Shown here piece after piece: positions 25,514-29,796 of a DNA stretch of 29,796 nt. The notes under the pieces are model-generated. The model was not told the DNA's origin, made no database searches, and was given only the letters and a program-made list of their open reading frames with translations. Both the position numbers and the translations under genes were made by a program. The DNA lies in the IMG/VR virus record IMGVR_UViG_2884693830_000001, positions 65,459 to 95,254 of that record. One strand, written 5' to 3'. How positions within the stretch are numbered: position 1 is the stretch's first letter; every line of letters begins with the position of its first letter. This DNA comes from a virus.

Positions 25514-25851
25514 GTGCAGTTCCCGCGCCGCCCGCCGGGTGGCTCGACTCCGCGCTACGCGTGGCTACCGTGACGCTCTTGTGGCTAGCAGTTGTGCTTG
25601 CGACAGCATTGATGTGCCAGCCGGCGCCGGGGACTGAAGTTCTGGCCCCGGTGGTCGTCGCCGTGGTGGTGGCGGTGGTCATCCTGTTCGGCCGCCCAGT
25701 CGGCAGCACGCTGTTGCTGTTCGCCACGGCGCTGCTCGCTATGACCGTGTGGGGCTCGGTGGGCGGCGCGGTCCTGGTCGTGGCGACTACCGCCGCCCTG
25801 GTGGCGCTTCCCGTTCACGTCGTTCAGCCGTTCGCGAGGAGGGATCACTGA
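25510..25851 (+). CDS. Small multi-TM protein, Spd-like
   Basis: GTGA coupling; almost wholly hydrophobic. Confidence 0.7.
   Translation: MSAVPAPPAGWLDSALRVATVTLLWLAVVLATALMCQPAPGTEVLAPVVVAVVVAVVILFGRPVGSTLLLFATALLAMTVWGSVGGAVLVVATTAALVALPVHVVQPFARRDH
25584..25601. repeat. Dispersed 18-bp palindrome copy GCTAGC-AGTTGT-GCTTGC
   Basis: Inside the gene after traB; rare codons CTA and CTT. Confidence 0.7.
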
Positions 25852-26006
25852 TGAGGTCTGAAGACCTGACGTACCTGCCGCGTGAGTGGCTGACCAGCCT
25901 GTCCGACCCGTGCAGCCGTGGCCGCTGCGCTGCCTGCCGGTACGACCGGTGCGGCCACAGCTGCCACACTTCCACCAGTCCGGCAAGCACTATCGCTAGC
26001 ACGTAG
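25851..26006 (+). CDS. Small Cys/His metal-binding protein (51 aa)
   Basis: RBS GGAGG; TGATG coupling; C-x4-C-x2-C-x4-C-x-H-x-C-H. Confidence 0.6.
   Translation: MRSEDLTYLPREWLTSLSDPCSRGRCAACRYDRCGHSCHTSTSPASTIAST
25983..26000. repeat. Dispersed 18-bp palindrome copy GCAAGC-ACTATC-GCTAGC
   Basis: At the 3' end of a small gene, upstream of 26030. Confidence 0.7.
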
Positions 26007-26029
26007 TCTCACACCTCAAGGAGGCGGAA

Positions 26030-26296
26030 ATGCCCGGGAGATTGACTGGCCCAGAGCACGCGCAGGTGGCTCTGGACTACCTCGAAGAAGCGAAGGTGTG
26101 CGCGACGCGCGCGGACAATGCCAGCGAATGGGAGGCGAGATCGGCGTACTCAGCGCAGGCTTCCGCTTGCGCGGCCATCGCGGCCGCGGAACTGAAGGCC
26201 GCCGACGTGGCCTTCCGAGTCGCCGAGATGTCCGCGATGGGCATCGGCCCGCGTGAGGCGAAGGACTGGCGCGCCGTTCTGAAGGTGGAGCTGTGA
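26030..26296 (+). CDS. Hypothetical protein (88 aa)
   Basis: RBS AAGGAGG; helical, Ala-rich. Confidence 0.7.
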   Translation: MPGRLTGPEHAQVALDYLEEAKVCATRADNASEWEARSAYSAQASACAAIAAAELKAADVAFRVAEMSAMGIGPREAKDWRAVLKVEL

Positions 26297-26769
26297 GCAG
26301 CCGAAGTGTGCGGTTCGCGGTTGCTCTGGCCGCGTTGTGCGCCGCCCACGAAGTCGGGGACCAGTGGATGCAGACTCACCACCAGGCGCTCACGAAGGGT
26401 GGCCGCGGTGAGCAGCAGCGCGCCGGCCAGGCCGCGTGTGCCCGCCACGTCGTGACGATGACGGCGACGAAGGCGCTGATGTTGGGCGTGACCAGCGTGG
26501 CAACCAGGACTCGGCTGCCGCTCGGCAGGACGGCGCTCGCGCTGGGCGTGGATGCGGCATCGCATTACTGGGCGGATCGGCGCTTCACGCTGGCGGGCCT
26601 GGCTGATCGGCTCGGCAAGGGCGAGTACTACCGGCTCGGCGCGCCGCGTGAGGGCCGCGACGACAACGTCACGATCGGCACCGGCGCGTACGCGCTCGAC
26701 CAGGCATGGCATGCGGCCTGGCTGTGGGTGGCGGCGCTGATCGTCGCCAGCGGCGAAGAGGTGATGTGA
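26293..26769 (+). CDS. DUF3307-like membrane protein
   Basis: AHEVGDQWMQT, SHYWADRR and LDQAWH motifs. Confidence 0.78.
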   Translation: MSSRSVRFAVALAALCAAHEVGDQWMQTHHQALTKGGRGEQQRAGQAACARHVVTMTATKALMLGVTSVATRTRLPLGRTALALGVDAASHYWADRRFTLAGLADRLGKGEYYRLGAPREGRDDNVTIGTGAYALDQAWHAAWLWVAALIVASGEEVM

Positions 26770-26945
26770 AGCCCTGCTGGCACTGGATAGGCGCTGAGAT
26801 GCGCCGTTGTGGCGCCACTCCTACGAGGTTCTACCTGCAGGGGTGGCGCTGCGCAGATCACACGCCGTCCGCGCTGGCGGGGCGGCCAGAGCCTGGCGGC
26901 GGGTACTGCGCTCCCGCGCGCTGCTACTGCGGGAAGTGCCCATGA
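26766..26945 (+). CDS. Small Cys-rich protein (59 aa)
   Basis: GTGA coupling; C...C...R.Y..GWRCADHTPSALAGRPEP pattern recalled from actinomycete mobile elements. Confidence 0.65.
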   Translation: MKPCWHWIGAEMRRCGATPTRFYLQGWRCADHTPSALAGRPEPGGGYCAPARCYCGKCP

Positions 26946-27195
26946 TGGATGCCAGCGACGCGGTATCCGGTCTCGGGGGAGAAGCAGACGGCGTCAGAGC
27001 AGGGGGACCGAAACCGGGATCCTTGCGCCGGTCGTGCGGTCCTGCGAGGCTCGTCGCCATGACGAGAAACGGTGATCAAGGTAGCTGGGCCGCAGGAGAC
27101 ACAGGCGGCTGGACGGCGAGCGTGGGAGGCGGCGCCCGCCATATGGGCGGCATGCGGCAGCACATGAGCAGCCGGTAGCAGCACGGCAAGGAGAA

Positions 27196-27227
27196 GGGCC
27201 CGAACCCTGATCAGAGGGTTCGGGCCC
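27196..27227. terminator. Hairpin terminator between convergent transcription units
   Basis: Perfect 13-bp stem GGGCCCGAACCCT-N6-AGGGTTCGGGCCC. Confidence 0.75.
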
Positions 27228-27262
27228 CGCAGCTCCGCTACCTATTAGCTATATAGCTTGCT

Positions 27263-27496
27263 TTAAGCCGCAACGCTTGACCTGGCGGTCCGTGCGCGTT
27301 CTCGCTGGGCGCGAATCGAAGCCTCCAGGTCCTCCACGGAGATGCGTCCTGGACGGTGTGCGCGCCTAGCCGCTTCAGCGGGGGAGAGGGCATCGCGGTC
27401 GGCACGGGCGTGGGCCAGAAGCCGACCAGCTGATGCAAGCGCTTTAGCTCGCATAACTTGTGCGACAGTGGGCTCGGCAAGGGGAGAGGTGGTCAC
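27263..27496 (-). CDS. Small basic helical protein (77 aa), probably leaderless
   Basis: TATCAT -10 hexamer 6 nt upstream of the GTG; LSPAEAARRAHRPG..SVEDLE motif. Confidence 0.65.
   Translation of the reverse strand: MTTSPLAEPTVAQVMRAKALASAGRLLAHARADRDALSPAEAARRAHRPGRISVEDLEASIRAQRERARTARSSVAA
27435..27452. repeat. Dispersed 18-bp palindrome copy GCAAGC-GCTTTA-GCTCGC
   Basis: Near the element's right end. Confidence 0.65.
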
Positions 27497-27588
27497 GTGT
27501 TCATGATAGATCGCTGTCTCAGCGGCTCGCCGAAGGTGTCGCCGTGTCGGAGATCTGCCCTAGTCTCATCGGCGTGGGGAGGCCCGAG

Positions 27589-29796
27589 GTGAGCCCGGAC
27601 GAGGGCGCAGAAAAAAACGGTACTTATTTGAGCGCAGTACTTGAACGCATCACGTACGCCAATGAGGAGACCGGCTACACCATCGCCCGCGTGGCCACCG
27701 AGCGCTCCGGCCCCGATCTGCTGACCGTCGTCGGCCCCCTGCTCGGCGCGCAGGTCGGCGAGTCGCTGCGGCTGCACGGACGCTGGAGCTCCCACCCCCG
27801 CTACGGCCGCCAGTTCGAGGTGTGGTCCTACACCACGATGCTGCCGGCCACCGTGCAGGGCATCCGCCGCTACCTCGGCTCCGGCCTCATCAAGGGCATC
27901 GGTCCCAAGATGGCCGAGCGGATCGTCGACCACTTCGGCACCGACACCCTCGAGGTCATCGAGCAGGAGCCGCAGCGCCTGGCCGAGGTGCCGGGCCTGG
28001 GCCCCAAGCGCACGAAGATGATCGCCGCCGCCTGGGACGAACAGAAGATCATCAAAGAGGTGATGATCTTCCTGCAGGGTGTCGGCGTGTCCACCTCGAT
28101 CGCGGTGCGCATCTTCAAGCAGTACGGCGAGGGGTCCGTCTCCGTCGTCAAGAGCCGCCCGTACCAGCTGGCCGACGACGTGTGGGGGATCGGCTTCAAG
28201 ACCGCCGACACCATCGCCCAGGCGGTCGGCATCCCGCACGACAGCCCCGAACGCGTCAAGGCCGGCCTGCGCTACACACTGTCGCAGGCCGCCGACGACG
28301 GCCACTGCTACCTGCCCGCCCCCAACCTGGTCGCCGACGCCGTCAAGATCCTCGACGTGCCCGCCGACCTGGTCGCCTCCTGCCTGGAGGAGCTGGCCGA
28401 GGCCGAAGGCGTCGTACGCGAGCCCGTCCCCGCCGGCGACAACACCGTACCGGCCGTCTACCTGCCGCCCTTCCACCGAGCCGAGCTGTCGCTGGCCTCG
28501 GGCCTGCTGTCGCTGCTGCGCTCCGGCCACGACCGGCTCAAGGCGTTCGCCGACGTCGACTGGGAGCGGGCGGAGAGCTGGCTGCACGGCCAGACCGGCG
28601 CCGAGCTGGCCCATGAGCAGCGCCAGGCCGTCCGCCTGGCGCTGACGGAGAAGGTGGCGGTGCTGACCGGCGGGCCCGGCTGCGGCAAGAGCTTCACCGT
28701 ACGGTCCATCGTCACGCTGGCCCGCGCCAAACGCGCCAAGGTCATCCTGGCCGCCCCCACCGGCCGCGCCGCCAAGCGCCTGGCCGAGCTGACCGGCCAC
28801 GAGGCCACCACCGTGCACCGGCTGCTGCAGCTGCGGCCCGGCGGGGAGGCCACCTTCGACCGGGACAACCCCCTGGAGGCCGACCTCGTCGTCGTCGACG
28901 AGGCGTCCATGCTCGACCTGCTGCTGGCCAACAAACTCGTCAAGGCCGTCGCCCCGGGCGCCCACCTGCTGTTCGTCGGCGACGTCGACCAGCTGCCCTC
29001 GGTCGGCGCGGGGGAGGTGCTCAAGGACCTGCTGGCCGCCGACGACATCCCGCGCGTCCGCCTCACCCAGATCTTCCGCCAGGCCCAGGAGTCGGGCGTC
29101 GTCGTCAACGCCCACCGCGTCAACACCGGCCACCACCCCCTCCTGCAGGGCATGAACGACTTCTTCCTGTTCCCCTGCGAGGAGCCGGAGGAGATCGCCG
29201 CCCTGACCGTCGACGTCGTGGCCCGCCGCATCCCGCGCCGCTTCGGCCTCGACGCCCGCCGCGACGTGCAGGTCCTGGCCCCCATGCACCGCGGCGCCGC
29301 CGGTGCCGGCGCCCTGAACATCGCCCTGCAGGAAGCCCTCACCCCCGCGCGCGAGGGCATGCCGGAGCGCCGCTACGGCGGGCGCGTCTTCCGCGTGGGC
29401 GACAAGGTCACCCAGCTGCGCAACAACTACGACAAGGGCGCCGCCGGCGTCTTCAACGGCACCGTCGGCATCGTCACCGACATCCGGCCCGACGAGCACA
29501 AGCTGAGCGTCCTGACCGACGAGGACGAGAGCGTCGAGTACGCCTTCGACGAGCTCGACGAGCTCGCCCACGCCTACGCGGTGTCCATTCACCGCTCGCA
29601 GGGCAGCGAATACCCGGCCGTCGTCGTCCCGCTGGCCACCAGCGCCTGGATGATGCTGCAGCGCAACCTCCTCTACACCGCGATCACCCGGGCCAAGAAG
29701 CTCGTCGTCATCGTCGGCTCGCGCCGCGCGCTGGCCCAGGCCGTCCGCACCAAGGGCGCCGGGCGGCGTCACACCGGGCTCACCCACCGTCTCTGA
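27589..29796 (+). CDS. recD2: RecD2 (SF1B) ATP-dependent DNA helicase, host gene
   Basis: ERITYANEETGYT, YLGSGLIKGIG, WGIGFKTAD, TGGPGCGKS, DEASM, GDVDQLPSVG, HRSQGSEY, LYTAITRAK; RBS GGGAGG before GTG 27589. Confidence 0.95.
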   Translation: MSPDEGAEKNGTYLSAVLERITYANEETGYTIARVATERSGPDLLTVVGPLLGAQVGESLRLHGRWSSHPRYGRQFEVWSYTTMLPATVQGIRRYLGSGLIKGIGPKMAERIVDHFGTDTLEVIEQEPQRLAEVPGLGPKRTKMIAAAWDEQKIIKEVMIFLQGVGVSTSIAVRIFKQYGEGSVSVVKSRPYQLADDVWGIGFKTADTIAQAVGIPHDSPERVKAGLRYTLSQAADDGHCYLPAPNLVADAVKILDVPADLVASCLEELAEAEGVVREPVPAGDNTVPAVYLPPFHRAELSLASGLLSLLRSGHDRLKAFADVDWERAESWLHGQTGAELAHEQRQAVRLALTEKVAVLTGGPGCGKSFTVRSIVTLARAKRAKVILAAPTGRAAKRLAELTGHEATTVHRLLQLRPGGEATFDRDNPLEADLVVVDEASMLDLLLANKLVKAVAPGAHLLFVGDVDQLPSVGAGEVLKDLLAADDIPRVRLTQIFRQAQESGVVVNAHRVNTGHHPLLQGMNDFFLFPCEEPEEIAALTVDVVARRIPRRFGLDARRDVQVLAPMHRGAAGAGALNIALQEALTPAREGMPERRYGGRVFRVGDKVTQLRNNYDKGAAGVFNGTVGIVTDIRPDEHKLSVLTDEDESVEYAFDELDELAHAYAVSIHRSQGSEYPAVVVPLATSAWMMLQRNLLYTAITRAKKLVVIVGSRRALAQAVRTKGAGRRHTGLTHRL

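Larger units (their letters stand above)
1..27663. mobile_element. Integrated prophage carrying an AICE-type conjugation module; right part only, right boundary approximate
   Basis: Tail and lysis genes, then a GntR/TraB/Spd block, then an abrupt change to host-like codon usage inside the 5' end of recD2. Integrase and head genes are not in the window. Confidence 0.8.

Noticed and set aside
26942-27178. 78-aa ORF after the Cys-rich gene
   Set aside because: Gly-rich, weak codon bias and no recognisable motif
27200-27222. LexA SOS box (CGAAC...GTTCG)
   Set aside because: Spacer is much longer than the 4 nt of the actinobacterial box; better explained as a terminator stem
14845-27261. Invertible segment bounded by inverted 16-bp sites
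   Set aside because: Both sites belong to a larger dispersed palindrome family, and no invertase is present
27460-27588. Longer N-terminal extensions in the ORF track (recD2 from 27460; also 7798, 11494, 14042, 20638, 22431, 23480)
   Set aside because: Downstream starts have an RBS or stop-start coupling, and the extensions overlap other genes or look non-coding
27493-29787. Long antisense ORFs (also 8715..11132, 2729..4048 and others)
   Set aside because: Shadow ORFs expected from high-GC codon bias opposite real genes

Overview
High-GC actinomycete DNA (probably a filamentous actinomycete) containing the right-hand part of an integrated element that ends at a host recD2 gene. 1-14.6 kb is a siphovirus-type tail and lysis module with paired genes: two paralogous tape-measure proteins, one distal-tail protein, two paralogous hub/fibre proteins each followed by a paralogous RAAEYG protein, two different amidase endolysins and a holin. 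14.6-18.6 kb is a minus-strand regulatory/accessory block (small HTH, Cys-rich protein, XRE-DUF5753/DUF6879/small-protein triad, KorSA-like GntR). 18.9-27.2 kb is an AICE/plasmid-type transfer and spread operon (WhiB, Spd-like membrane proteins, SsgA-like protein, FtsK-family TraB) with no rep, xis or int visible. The 5' end of recD2 appears to be supplied by the element. An 18-bp palindrome GCAAGC-N6-GCTNGC recurs at least 9 times across both the phage and conjugation halves but was not found in the host gene. This suggests one co-adapted phage-conjugative hybrid element, possibly able to build two tail types. All family assignments come from motif recognition by eye; no searches were run.
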